Positions 1-9,099 of a DNA stretch of 64,000 nucleotides are shown in pieces. This DNA is from a bacterium (GTDB lineage: Bacteria; Bacillota; Clostridia; Oscillospirales; CAG-272). The DNA lies in the NCBI GenBank assembly GCA_963627065.1, contig CAVGAA010000002.1:45346-109345 (forward strand), read 5' to 3'. Position numbers and translations under genes: made by a program. The notes under the pieces are model-generated. The model saw only the letters and a program-made list of their open reading frames with translations, searched no databases and was not told where the DNA came from. The stretch's first letter is position 1. The number at the start of each line of letters is the position of its first letter.

Positions 1-342
1 GCACAGTTCCAAGCACTCTCCCCCGGAGGAGCTATCAGTTATGTCGAAGTTCCGAATATGCAACAGAATCTCGAAGCCGTTCTGCAAGTGATGAAATTCA
101 TCTATGACCATATTATGTATGCGGAACTCAACACCAAGTCGGACTATTGCCAAGTCTGCGGTTGGGACGGAGAGATCGGCATCGTGGAAGAAGACGGAAA
201 ACTCATTTGGAAATGCCCCAAGTGCGGAAACACCGACCAATCCAAAATGAACGTAGCAAGAAGAACCTGCGGTTATATCGGCACGCAGTTCTGGAATCAG
301 GGCAGAACGCAGGAAATCAAAGAGCGTGTCCTCCACCTGTGA
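1..342 (+). CDS. nrdD: anaerobic ribonucleoside-triphosphate reductase, C-terminal fragment (5' end lies outside the window)
   Basis: Frame 1 is open from base 1. It carries a C-terminal Cys4 zinc ribbon (CQVCG...CPKCG) followed by the glycyl-radical motif RRTCGYIG. nrdG follows immediately. Confidence 0.9.
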   Translation, partial: AQFQALSPGGAISYVEVPNMQQNLEAVLQVMKFIYDHIMYAELNTKSDYCQVCGWDGEIGIVEEDGKLIWKCPKCGNTDQSKMNVARRTCGYIGTQFWNQGRTQEIKERVLHL

Positions 343-343
343 T

Positions 344-868
344 ATGAATTACTGTAATATTAAAAAATGCGACATCGCAAACGGAATCGGCGTCAGAACA
401 ACGTTGTTTGTGTCGGGATGCACCAACCATTGTGAGGAATGTTTCCAACCGGAAACGTGGAATTTTGACTATGGTCAGCCCTTTACCGAGAAGATCGAAA
501 ACGAGATTATCGAGTCCTGCAAGCCGTTTTACGTTGCCGGTTTGACGCTTTTGGGCGGTGAACCGTTCGAGCCGTCCAACCAAAAGGCACTCGTGCCGTT
601 TTTGCACCGCTTCCGTGAAGAATGCCCCGAAAAAACGGTCTGGGCATTCAGCGGATTCACCCTTGACAAAGAACTTCTCGTGAACGGTTCACATCCGAGA
701 TGCGAGATTACCGACGAAATGCTGTCACTTATCGATGTACTGGTCGACGGAAGATTCAAAAAGGAACTCAAAGACATTTCCTTGCGGTTCAGAGGTTCCT
801 CCAACCAAAGAATCATCGATATGAACAAAACCCGTGAGAGCGGAAACATCGTTCTCTGGACGGATTGA
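344..868 (+). CDS. nrdG: anaerobic ribonucleotide reductase activating protein (radical SAM)
   Basis: MNYCNIKKCDIANGIGVRTTLFVSGCTNHCEECFQPETW is the typical NrdG N-terminus with its Cys cluster. The ATG lies 1 nt after the nrdD stop. An alternative GTG start is at 326. Confidence 0.9.
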   Translation: MNYCNIKKCDIANGIGVRTTLFVSGCTNHCEECFQPETWNFDYGQPFTEKIENEIIESCKPFYVAGLTLLGGEPFEPSNQKALVPFLHRFREECPEKTVWAFSGFTLDKELLVNGSHPRCEITDEMLSLIDVLVDGRFKKELKDISLRFRGSSNQRIIDMNKTRESGNIVLWTD

Positions 869-887
869 AACCGACTTTTCAAAACAA

Positions 888-924
888 TCCCCCCGCAATC
901 AAACGGTCGCAGGGGGACTTTTGT
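888..924. terminator. convergent-gene hairpin between nrdG and the SDR gene
   Basis: A CCCCC/GGGGG plus GC/GC stem with one bulge, then CTTTTGT on the plus side. Confidence 0.45.
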
Positions 925-940
925 ATCCTTGTTGACTTTT

Positions 941-1774
941 TTATACTCCGCTGTATGCGTTGAAACCGCCGTCGACCGGAACGATCACACCGGTAACAAA
1001 ACCGCTTGCCGTATCGCTTGCGAGCCACAGAAGCGTACCGATAAGGTCACTCACTTCGCCAAAGCGTTTTTGCGGTGTCGCTGCCAAAATCTTGCCGGTG
1101 CGTGCCGTCGGATTGCCGTCCGCATCAAAGAGCAGGGCACGGTTCTGGTTGGTCACAAAGAACCCCGGGGCAATGGCATTGACACGGATTCCGCAAGGAG
1201 CGAAATGAACAGCCAGCCACTGCGTGAAATTGGAAATGCCTGCTTTTGCGGCACTGTATGCCGGAATTTTGGTCAGAGGTCTGAACGCATTCATCGAGGA
1301 AATGTTGATGATGTTGCCTCCTGTCTTTACCATATCTTTCGCAAAAACCTGCGTGACAAGAAACGCGGAGGTGATATTCAGGTCAAAAACGAATTTCAAG
1401 CCCGATTCTTCCAAGCCGAAAAAGGTCTTGATTTCATCGCTTGTGTCGGGGGACATAGTTTCGTTGTCGCAGGTTGCACGGGGATTGTTTCCGCCGGCAC
1501 CGTTGATAAGAAAATTGACTTTTCCGAAGACTGAATGAACCTTTTCTTTTGCATTTTCAATGCTTGCTTTGTCAAGGCAGTTCGTGCCGATTGCCAATGC
1601 ATTCGGACCGATTTCGTCTGCAACCGCTTTTGCGGCAGTTTCGTTGATGTCAAGCAGAGCGACTTTTGCACCGCAGTTTGCGAGGGCACGGCAGAATTCG
1701 CTCATCAGGACTCCGCCGGCACCGGTCACGACGACAACTTTGTCGGACAGATCGATTTGATAGGGTAATTTCAT
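941..1774 (-). CDS. SDR-family oxidoreductase, probably a D-mannonate/fructuronate oxidoreductase given its context
   Basis: Rossmann motif VVVVTGAGGVLMSE. There is a 4-nt overlap with uxuA, and the gene is the last in the uxaC-uxuA operon. The function is inferred from context only. Confidence 0.6.
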   Translation of the reverse strand: MKLPYQIDLSDKVVVVTGAGGVLMSEFCRALANCGAKVALLDINETAAKAVADEIGPNALAIGTNCLDKASIENAKEKVHSVFGKVNFLINGAGGNNPRATCDNETMSPDTSDEIKTFFGLEESGLKFVFDLNITSAFLVTQVFAKDMVKTGGNIINISSMNAFRPLTKIPAYSAAKAGISNFTQWLAVHFAPCGIRVNAIAPGFFVTNQNRALLFDADGNPTARTGKILAATPQKRFGEVSDLIGTLLWLASDTASGFVTGVIVPVDGGFNAYSGV

Positions 1775-2820
1775 TTTGCTTTTCCAGCCTTTCTACTTTT
1801 TTCGACTGCTTCGAACAGTCCCGTGAGGTAGCACGCACCGAGTGCACGGTCATAAAGTCCGTACCCGGGTTTGCCGTCTTCACCCCAGATGTTGCGACCG
1901 TGGTCGGGACGGACATAGCCGTCAAAACCGCCGTCAACCAACGCTTCCACAATGCCGAGAATGTCAAGGCTTCCGAGATTCGTCTGGTGTCCGCATTCGC
2001 AGAAATCTTTTTCGTCCTCCCAACGAATCTGGCGGAGATGTGCAAAATAGACACGGTCGGCGAATTCCCGAGCCAGTTTCGGCAGATCGTTTTCTCTACC
2101 CGCACCGAGCGAACCCGTGCAGAGCGTAATGCCGTTTTCCTTTTCGGGAACGGCTTCGAACAATTTCACATAACTGTCCCGTCCCGTGATGATACGGGGC
2201 AGACCGAACATATCCCACGGCGGATCGTCCGGATGAATTGCCATATTGATGCCGGCTTCACGGCAGGCAGGCATAATGCCACGCAGAAAATAGACGAGAT
2301 TTTCAAAAAGTTTTTCATGCGTCATTCCCGAATAAGCATCGAGCAGACCACGCAGTTCGGCAGGGGAGTAACTTTCGTCCCACCCCGGGAGATGCAGATC
2401 GTGCGGATCGAGAGCCAGCAGTTCGGCGTGACGGTAGGAAAGGGAATTCGAACCGTCTTCGGCTTGCGTGTGCAGGTTGGTACGCAACCAGTCAAAGACC
2501 GGCATAAAGTTGTAACAAACGCACTTGACACCGAATTTTCCGAGATTGCGGATTGTTTCGGCGTAGTTTGCAATCAGTCTGTCACGGGAGACTCTGCCGA
2601 GTTTGATGTCCTCATGTACCGGAACACTCTCAATGACTTCCATTTCGAGATGCTCTTTGTCGCACAACTCTTTGAGCCGTGCGATTTTTTCGGGTTGCCA
2701 GACCTCACCGACCGGAACATCGTAAACGGCAGTCACGACACCGGTCATCCCGTGTATCTGGCGAATGTACGAGAGCGGAATCGAATCCGACTCCCCGTAC
2801 CAGCGAAATGTCATTTTCAT
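1771..2820 (-). CDS. uxuA: mannonate dehydratase
   Basis: MKMTFRWYGESD...VIESVPVHEDIK closely parallels the E. coli UxuA N-terminus (TWRWYGPND...VESVPIHEDIK). Confidence 0.9.
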   Translation of the reverse strand: MKMTFRWYGESDSIPLSYIRQIHGMTGVVTAVYDVPVGEVWQPEKIARLKELCDKEHLEMEVIESVPVHEDIKLGRVSRDRLIANYAETIRNLGKFGVKCVCYNFMPVFDWLRTNLHTQAEDGSNSLSYRHAELLALDPHDLHLPGWDESYSPAELRGLLDAYSGMTHEKLFENLVYFLRGIMPACREAGINMAIHPDDPPWDMFGLPRIITGRDSYVKLFEAVPEKENGITLCTGSLGAGRENDLPKLAREFADRVYFAHLRQIRWEDEKDFCECGHQTNLGSLDILGIVEALVDGGFDGYVRPDHGRNIWGEDGKPGYGLYDRALGACYLTGLFEAVEKSRKAGKAK

Positions 2821-4178
2821 TTTTCCTGCCCTCCGAGTCCGAGAAATTCTTTTACATTTTCGTAGCAGACGCCACGCACCAACGCTTCGGCGGATGTAAC
2901 GTCATATTCGCCGTTTTCCACATACGTTCCGACCGTATCGCAGAGAATGCGACGGAAGAAATCGAAACGGGGGTAACTTGCATAGGAACGGCTGTCGGTC
3001 AGCATACCGAGATTTGTGCCGAGTACCGCATATTCCGAAACGGTCAGAAGTTGACGGCGGATGCCCTCCACCGTGTCATTGAACCACCAAGCCGCACCGA
3101 TGCGGACATTCGGGAATGCACCCGAGAGGGTTGCGAGAGCCGGAACGAAGGACGGATTGAGCGAATAAAGAACGGTTTTCGGCAGGTCGCCACGTTCGTT
3201 CAGAGTATTGAGAAAAACGGTCATGCGGTCGACGTCTACCTGCCCACGCATAATATCGAAACCGCTGTCCCGTCCGATTTTTCCGAACATTACGCCGTTG
3301 ACATTGCGGTAAGTGCCGAAGTGCATTTGCATGACCATGCCACGCTTGCGATATTCACCGGCAAGGAAATAGAGAACATGGGAAGAAAGCATTGCCAAAT
3401 CTTCCGCCGTTGCCGTGTCACCGACACCGATTGCCTTTTCAAAAAGTCTGTCGGCACAACTTTTTCCGCAGTCTTCAAGCGGAAGAAAATCCATACCGTG
3501 ATCGGAAATCACGCAACCGTGAGCTGTGAAAAATTCAAGGCGGTTCACCATGCAGGCTTTGAAATCGTCAAGCGTACGTATTGGCTTTGCTCCGCAGACT
3601 TTTTGCAATTCGCCGAGTGCCTTTGCATCGAATGTCAGCATTCTGTCGGGACGGAAGGTCGGTGCGACTTTGGTATTGCCGTAAACGCCGTGAGCGGACA
3701 GCGAGTCGGTGGCATCGTTGGTCGTTGCGACAAATTCGACTTTGAATTTGCGAAGAATGTCGGAAATGTGCATATTCTTCAACTGCTCATTCGCAAGATT
3801 CCAGATTTCGTCCGCCGTTTCGGGCGAGAGCGGTTTCGTGATACCGAAAATCAGTTTCAGTTCCAGTTGTGTCCAGTAATAGAGTGGATTGCCGAAAAGT
3901 TTCGGGAAAATTTCCGCATATTTTTTGTATTTTTCGTAATCGCTTGCATCACCGGTGATGAAATGTTCGTCCACACCGCAAAGACGCATGGCACGCCATT
4001 TGTAATGGTCCGCACCGAGCCACAACTGTCCGAGATTGTCAAAACCGATGTCGGCTTGAATTTCGTTCTCATTCAGGTGACAGTGGTAATCGATGATAGG
4101 CAGGTCTTTCACTGCCGAATAAAGATGTTTTGCCTCATCCGAGTGAAGCAGAAGATCGTCTCCGAAAAATTCTTTCAT
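2817..4178 (-). CDS. uxaC: glucuronate isomerase
   Basis: Carries the UxaC hallmark motifs DYHCHL and GADHYKWRAMR...TGDASDYEKY. The stop/start overlaps uxuA. Confidence 0.92.
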   Translation of the reverse strand: MKEFFGDDLLLHSDEAKHLYSAVKDLPIIDYHCHLNENEIQADIGFDNLGQLWLGADHYKWRAMRLCGVDEHFITGDASDYEKYKKYAEIFPKLFGNPLYYWTQLELKLIFGITKPLSPETADEIWNLANEQLKNMHISDILRKFKVEFVATTNDATDSLSAHGVYGNTKVAPTFRPDRMLTFDAKALGELQKVCGAKPIRTLDDFKACMVNRLEFFTAHGCVISDHGMDFLPLEDCGKSCADRLFEKAIGVGDTATAEDLAMLSSHVLYFLAGEYRKRGMVMQMHFGTYRNVNGVMFGKIGRDSGFDIMRGQVDVDRMTVFLNTLNERGDLPKTVLYSLNPSFVPALATLSGAFPNVRIGAAWWFNDTVEGIRRQLLTVSEYAVLGTNLGMLTDSRSYASYPRFDFFRRILCDTVGTYVENGEYDVTSAEALVRGVCYENVKEFLGLGGQEK

Positions 4179-4196
4179 ACAATACCCCTTTCCGAA

Positions 4197-5198
4197 TTAT
4201 AAATGAACGGTTTGATTGGTTTTCCCCGATTCGTACATGGCGAGAATCAGTTCAATGACCTTTGCACCTTCCGTGGCATCAATGGGAAATTTTTCGCCGT
4301 TTGCGATATGACGGTAGAAATCGGCAATGAGTTTTGCATGACCGTTTCCCCAGACACGTTTTCCGCTTGTCGCAGACTTTTCGCCTGCCATGACTTCACC
4401 GTCACATGTCAACGATTCGTTGTCGGCAAAATAGCGGTGACCGCTCTTTGTAATGAGATGCAACTGTGCCGGAAAATCGCCGGATGCGGATGTTGTCGCA
4501 AAAAGGTTGAAGCAGTTGCCGTCCGGTAATCTGAAAAGTGCAGTGGCGGTGTCCTCCACTTCGATAACGCCTTGCAAATGATCGTTGGAAATATGTGCTG
4601 TGACCGATGCCGGCATACCGCAACAGAATTGGAGCAGATCGAGCGTGTGGAGGGCTTGGTTAATCATCACACCACCGCCCTCCGTTGCATATTTCCCACG
4701 CCAAGCACCCGATGCGTAATAATCGGCATCCCGTTTCCAGACGACCGCACCGTAAGCGGACTTGACACCGTCCGATTTTGCAATCTCACGGAGTTTTGCA
4801 AAGTTCGGTTCATAGCGGTTTTGCAGGCAAACGCCGAGCATTGCGGTACTGCCCATTTCGGCTTTTTTGATGCTTTCCAAGTCCGCTATGCTGATTCCGA
4901 GCGGTTTTTCGCAAAGGACGTTGATGTTTTTCTTCAACGCCGATACGATCATCGGAGCGTGCAGGTAATGCGGTGTGCAGATGTGAACCGCATCCGGCTT
5001 TTCAAGGTTGAGCATTCTTTCGTAATCAGTGTAAATCGGAAGATCGAGGGAAAATTTTTGCAAAAGATTTTCTGCATGGGAGCGGTCAATATCGCAGACC
5101 GCCACCAAAGTTTGACCTGCCGAGAGAATGCCCTTTACATGATTTGGTGCAATTGTCCCGCAACCGACAAGTGCTACCCGAAAAGTTTTCGTGTCCAT
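4197..5198 (-). CDS. Gfo/Idh/MocA-family NAD(P)-dependent oxidoreductase
   Basis: The start was moved to MDTKTFRVALVGCGTIAPNH (Rossmann GxGxxA). Its ATG overlaps the upstream TAA (TAATG). The longer ORF-track start would run into the upstream gene. Confidence 0.8.
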   Translation of the reverse strand: MDTKTFRVALVGCGTIAPNHVKGILSAGQTLVAVCDIDRSHAENLLQKFSLDLPIYTDYERMLNLEKPDAVHICTPHYLHAPMIVSALKKNINVLCEKPLGISIADLESIKKAEMGSTAMLGVCLQNRYEPNFAKLREIAKSDGVKSAYGAVVWKRDADYYASGAWRGKYATEGGGVMINQALHTLDLLQFCCGMPASVTAHISNDHLQGVIEVEDTATALFRLPDGNCFNLFATTSASGDFPAQLHLITKSGHRYFADNESLTCDGEVMAGEKSATSGKRVWGNGHAKLIADFYRHIANGEKFPIDATEGAKVIELILAMYESGKTNQTVHL

Positions 5199-6373
5199 TA
5201 TTTTTTCTCCGAGCCGTAAGTGCCTTCTGTGTCGAGAACCGTACCGCTTGTAGTCCGCAAACGGCTGGTTGCAATGTGCTTCTGCAATTCGTCCCAATAT
5301 TCGTCATCGTCAATCGGCAGGGTGACCATGCGGTCCTTCCAAGTCGAAAGGAGCATTGCATCCATCAGTTCGACGCCGTTGATGCCTTCTCTGCCGTCCA
5401 CAAAGAGCGGTTCAAGTCCCAGAATTGCATTGGCAAAGTTGTTGAGAATGCCGACGTGTTGCGGATTTTTGCCGTCCGTTTCCACTTCAATGTCTTCTTT
5501 TTTCGGTTCACCGAAACCGCCTTTGTAAGTTGCGTTGAACTCTCTTTCGGGCGTTTCGAGCTTTGTGAAAATCAGTTTATCGTTTTCGCAGACAAGTTTG
5601 CCTTTGTTACCGAGAATTTCAAAGCGGTTCGTGCCGGGGGTGTCGCCGGTTGACGTAACAAAGACACCGGTTGCCCCGTTCGGATATTCCATATAGGTGG
5701 TGACATCGTCTTCTACCTCAATGTCATGCCATTTGCCGAAGTGGCAGAAAGAGCGAATCTTTTCCGGCATCATACCGACAACCCACTGCAACAGGTCGAG
5801 TTGGTGCGGGCATTGGTTAAAGAGAACGCCACCGCCTTCACCACGCCAAGAGGCACGCCAATCGCCGGAATCGTAATAACTCTGCGAACGGTACCAAGTG
5901 GTGATAATCCAGTTGACACGCTTGATGTCGCCGAGTTCGCCGTTCTGAACCATTTCACGCATTTTGCGGTAAACGCAGTTGGTACGCTGGTTGAACATCA
6001 CGGTAAAGAGCTTGTCCGACTTGGAGGCAAAATCGTTGAGTTCCTTGACCTGCTTGGTGTAAACGCCTTCGGGTTTTTCGCTGATGACGTTCAAACCCGC
6101 CGACAAAGCATCCATTGAAATCTGCGGATGAAAATAGTGGGGGACTGCCACGATAACGGCATCGACCTTCCCGCTTGCGAACATTTCGTGATAATCGGTG
6201 TAAGTGGCGAGATCCGCCCCACCGTCCATAGCCTTGATTTTCTCCAATCGTTCGGGTTTGAGATCGCAGATAGCGGTCAGAACGCCGTTTTCAACCTTTC
6301 CGCCGAGGAAACTTTTTGCGTGTCCGCTACCCATGTTGCCGACACCGACAATACCGAATCTTACTTTCTCCAT
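5198..6373 (-). CDS. Gfo/Idh/MocA-family oxidoreductase (longer, 391-aa form)
   Basis: Motifs MEKVRFGIVGVGNMGSGH, EKP and GEGGGVLFNQCPHQLDLLQW, which are typical of the family. Confidence 0.8.
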   Translation of the reverse strand: MEKVRFGIVGVGNMGSGHAKSFLGGKVENGVLTAICDLKPERLEKIKAMDGGADLATYTDYHEMFASGKVDAVIVAVPHYFHPQISMDALSAGLNVISEKPEGVYTKQVKELNDFASKSDKLFTVMFNQRTNCVYRKMREMVQNGELGDIKRVNWIITTWYRSQSYYDSGDWRASWRGEGGGVLFNQCPHQLDLLQWVVGMMPEKIRSFCHFGKWHDIEVEDDVTTYMEYPNGATGVFVTSTGDTPGTNRFEILGNKGKLVCENDKLIFTKLETPEREFNATYKGGFGEPKKEDIEVETDGKNPQHVGILNNFANAILGLEPLFVDGREGINGVELMDAMLLSTWKDRMVTLPIDDDEYWDELQKHIATSRLRTTSGTVLDTEGTYGSEKK

Positions 6374-7239
6374 ACCAAATCTTCTCCTTCATGATAGCCC
6401 AGTTTCGTGAGCATTTTTTTCACGGATTGCACCGCACAGTCAAAGGCGGTGTCCGAATCTTCAAACGCAATTCCCGTTTTGAGTTTGTGACTGTCGATCT
6501 TTTGATACATTTCGAAAATGTGCAGGTGCGGTTCAACGGTTAAATTGACGGTACCGGTCATTTTTTCGCCGACACGGGTTAAGACTTCCTCATAATGTCC
6601 GTCGCCCATACCGACCGGAACAATGGCTTTTTCTGCCTGAATGGCATCTTTCATGTGCAGGTAAACGGGACGGATCAAGGTCGCCTCGATGCCCTTTATG
6701 GGATCTTGGTCATTCATGACATAGTTTGCCGCATCGAAAATACCGTATAGATTCGGCAGTGCGTTGAGCAGGTCTGCGACCTCCTCCGGATTCTGCCCGT
6801 AAATTTTCGATTCGTTTTCGTGACAGAGCGTAATGCCTGCACGGTCGGCTTCTTCAAGCATCACCGACAACCGACGAAGAACTTCGCTCCGACATTCCGA
6901 AAGTCTGTCCTGCCCGACAAAGAAACTGAACATTCTGATTCTGTCCGTCCCGAGTCTGTGACAAATATCAATGGCACGGTGGAAATCTTTGAGGTGATCT
7001 TCGAAAGGCTTATCGATATCATACTTTCCGATAGGAGAGCCGAGAGCGGAAATGCCGATGTGAGCATCGCTCAATTTCTGTCCGAACGCATCGATTTCGG
7101 CATCGCTTTTCGACAAAATTCCGCCACCGATGTTGCGAGGCTCAATCAGGCGAAGGCGGTTACGCTTTAAGGCTTCAATCTGATGGTCCGGATCGTTGGA
7201 TGTTTCGTCCGCAAAAGCGGAAATTAAAAATTCAGCCAT
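6361..7239 (-). CDS. sugar phosphate isomerase/epimerase (xylose-isomerase-like TIM barrel)
   Basis: The CHENE metal-site motif and overall pattern fit the AP-endonuclease-2/xylose-isomerase-like fold. There is a 13-nt overlap with the downstream oxidoreductase. Confidence 0.72.
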   Translation of the reverse strand: MAEFLISAFADETSNDPDHQIEALKRNRLRLIEPRNIGGGILSKSDAEIDAFGQKLSDAHIGISALGSPIGKYDIDKPFEDHLKDFHRAIDICHRLGTDRIRMFSFFVGQDRLSECRSEVLRRLSVMLEEADRAGITLCHENESKIYGQNPEEVADLLNALPNLYGIFDAANYVMNDQDPIKGIEATLIRPVYLHMKDAIQAEKAIVPVGMGDGHYEEVLTRVGEKMTGTVNLTVEPHLHIFEMYQKIDSHKLKTGIAFEDSDTAFDCAVQSVKKMLTKLGYHEGEDLVWRK

Positions 7240-7254
7240 TTGAAATATACTCCC

Positions 7255-8016
7255 TTATTTTACGATAGGTCTTAAATGCTTGAAACTGTTTTCCACTTCG
7301 CCGAAAGGATTTTCCTTGTCGTTGGCATTGTCCTGTTCGACCAAAATGTTTTCCGTTCCGAGTTCACGGCAGATCGGCAGGAAGGATGCAAAATCGAACC
7401 GTCCCGAACCACATGAGCAAATCTCACGGCTTTCGTCTTTTGACATATCCTTGAAATGAACATTCGCAAGTCTGCCTTTGCCGACACGGTACATGGTTTT
7501 GATGACGTCGTCACCGCCGTACATTACCCAATAGGTATCGAGAATGAATTGCCAATCGGTGCATTCTTCGAGCAGAATATCGTAAATGCGATTGCCCGTG
7601 TCTTCAAGTTTGTCAAATTCGAATGCGTGGTTGTGGTATGCGAAATGCATTCCCGATGCGTTGATTTTTTTGACCGGTTCACGCAACTGTGCGAGAATGT
7701 CACGCAGAGCGGATTCGGTAGTGCGGTATTCTTTCGGGAGCGAACCGAGTCCTATGACATTGCAACCGTAGGTTTTGTGGTCACGAATGAGGGCATCGGT
7801 GTCTTCCAGAATGCGTTTGATAGGGGAGTGCGTGCAGACAATGGGGAGATTCGTTTCTTCCGAAATTGCCTTTACCGTTTCGGCAGGCAGGGGAGCGGCA
7901 CCGGAAAGTTGGACCACCTCATAGCCGATGTCGTGCAATTTTTGAAAGGTTTCTTTCATATCCGCTTCGTTTTGCAGAAATTTGCGGATCGAGTAGAGAT
8001 TCAAGCCGAGTTTCAT
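7255..8016 (-). CDS. sugar phosphate isomerase/epimerase (xylose-isomerase-like TIM barrel)
   Basis: The start was moved to MKLGLNLYSIR, which follows GGAGGTG. Motifs YHNHAFEF and VEQD are present. This is the first gene of the operon. Confidence 0.75.
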   Translation of the reverse strand: MKLGLNLYSIRKFLQNEADMKETFQKLHDIGYEVVQLSGAAPLPAETVKAISEETNLPIVCTHSPIKRILEDTDALIRDHKTYGCNVIGLGSLPKEYRTTESALRDILAQLREPVKKINASGMHFAYHNHAFEFDKLEDTGNRIYDILLEECTDWQFILDTYWVMYGGDDVIKTMYRVGKGRLANVHFKDMSKDESREICSCGSGRFDFASFLPICRELGTENILVEQDNANDKENPFGEVENSFKHLRPIVK

Positions 8017-8109
8017 ATTAATATGCACCTCCAAAAAGAGTATTTTCGTTAACGATTTCATTATACCGCCATATCGGCAAAAAATCAATTGTTAATTTTG
8101 CAAAAAACA

Positions 8110-8138
8110 TTGCAATTCTTGCTCTTTTATGCTATAAT
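8110..8138 (+). promoter_or_regulatory. promoter of the AraC regulator
   Basis: TTGCAA, 17 nt, TATAAT. It ends 28 nt upstream of the ATG. Confidence 0.5.
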
Positions 8139-8166
8139 AAAGGCAACTGGCAAGGGAGGAAATTTT

Positions 8167-8955
8167 ATGCACCGTTATTCATGGTCGCACAGTAGGACCG
8201 AAAGACCGGATGCCGGCAGTTTCGAACGGCATTGCCATTCCGCATATGAACTGTTGTTTGTTCTGCACGGTCACGGCGATTTCATTGTCGAGGGCACACA
8301 TTACCCCCTGCGTGACGGCACGGTTTTGCTCACAAGACCGCACGAATATCACTATGTCCGCCCCGATTCGAACACACCTTACGAACGTTATGTTATCAAT
8401 TTCGATGCGACTTTACCGGTCGGCAGTGTGTCGGATCTGCCGATTTTATTCCCGACCGACACGGCAGAAAAAGGAATTTATTCGGCATCGCCGGATGTCA
8501 TTTCGCATATTGCGGATGCACTGTCGGTTGTCGATTTGCTTGCCGAACAGACGGCAGGGGTTAAGGAATCCGCCGTTCGCTCTGCCGTGACGCAGGCAAT
8601 TCTTCTGCTATTTTTGCAAGGTTCGGACAGTGAAAATGCAACCGGAAATGAAACGGTTTCGGCACTTGTCGACTATATCGGCAAACACTTGACCGAAAAT
8701 CTGTCGCTTGACGATCTGTCAAAAACGTTTTATATCAGTAAATATCATCTGTGCCGACTTTTTCGGGATTACACGGGGATGCCGATTCTGCACTATATCA
8801 ACACCAAACGCATGGCACTGGCGGTGGAGTGGCTGAGCGAGGGAATTCCGGCAGAGGAGGTTTCCGTCCGGTTGGGCTTCGGAGATTATTCCGCATTTTA
8901 CCGCCGTTTCGTCGGCATTTACGGCAAAAAACCGACCGAATTCCGGAAAAAGTGA
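8167..8955 (+). CDS. AraC-family transcriptional regulator (cupin N-domain plus HTH)
   Basis: The ATG follows GGGAGGA. The C-terminus LSLDDLSKTFYISKYHLCRLFRDYTG...FGDYSAFYRRF is the AraC HTH signature. The gene is divergent from the sugar-acid operon. Confidence 0.85.
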   Translation: MHRYSWSHSRTERPDAGSFERHCHSAYELLFVLHGHGDFIVEGTHYPLRDGTVLLTRPHEYHYVRPDSNTPYERYVINFDATLPVGSVSDLPILFPTDTAEKGIYSASPDVISHIADALSVVDLLAEQTAGVKESAVRSAVTQAILLLFLQGSDSENATGNETVSALVDYIGKHLTENLSLDDLSKTFYISKYHLCRLFRDYTGMPILHYINTKRMALAVEWLSEGIPAEEVSVRLGFGDYSAFYRRFVGIYGKKPTEFRKK

Positions 8956-9024
8956 GGTATACCGGTACAAATTTCTTATTGAGTACGCTAAAGGACGTCT
9001 GTACCAAGCCTCTCCAATCGATAT

Positions 9025-9056
9025 AAAAAAGCCCTGCACCCATTGTAGATGCAGGA
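9025..9056 (-). terminator. clpX terminator
   Basis: On the minus strand: TCCTGCA...TGCAGGG stem, followed by CTTTTTTAT. Confidence 0.5.
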
Positions 9057-9099
9057 CTTTCGTTTTATGCAGTTATTTTAAGTGTCGATTGTTGCATTC

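Noticed and set aside
2679-4202. A 507-aa plus-strand ORF covering the uxaC region.
   Set aside because: It is antisense to a gene with unmistakable UxaC motifs. It has no RBS, and its product is a low-complexity Arg/Phe/Val-rich translation typical of a mirror-frame ORF.
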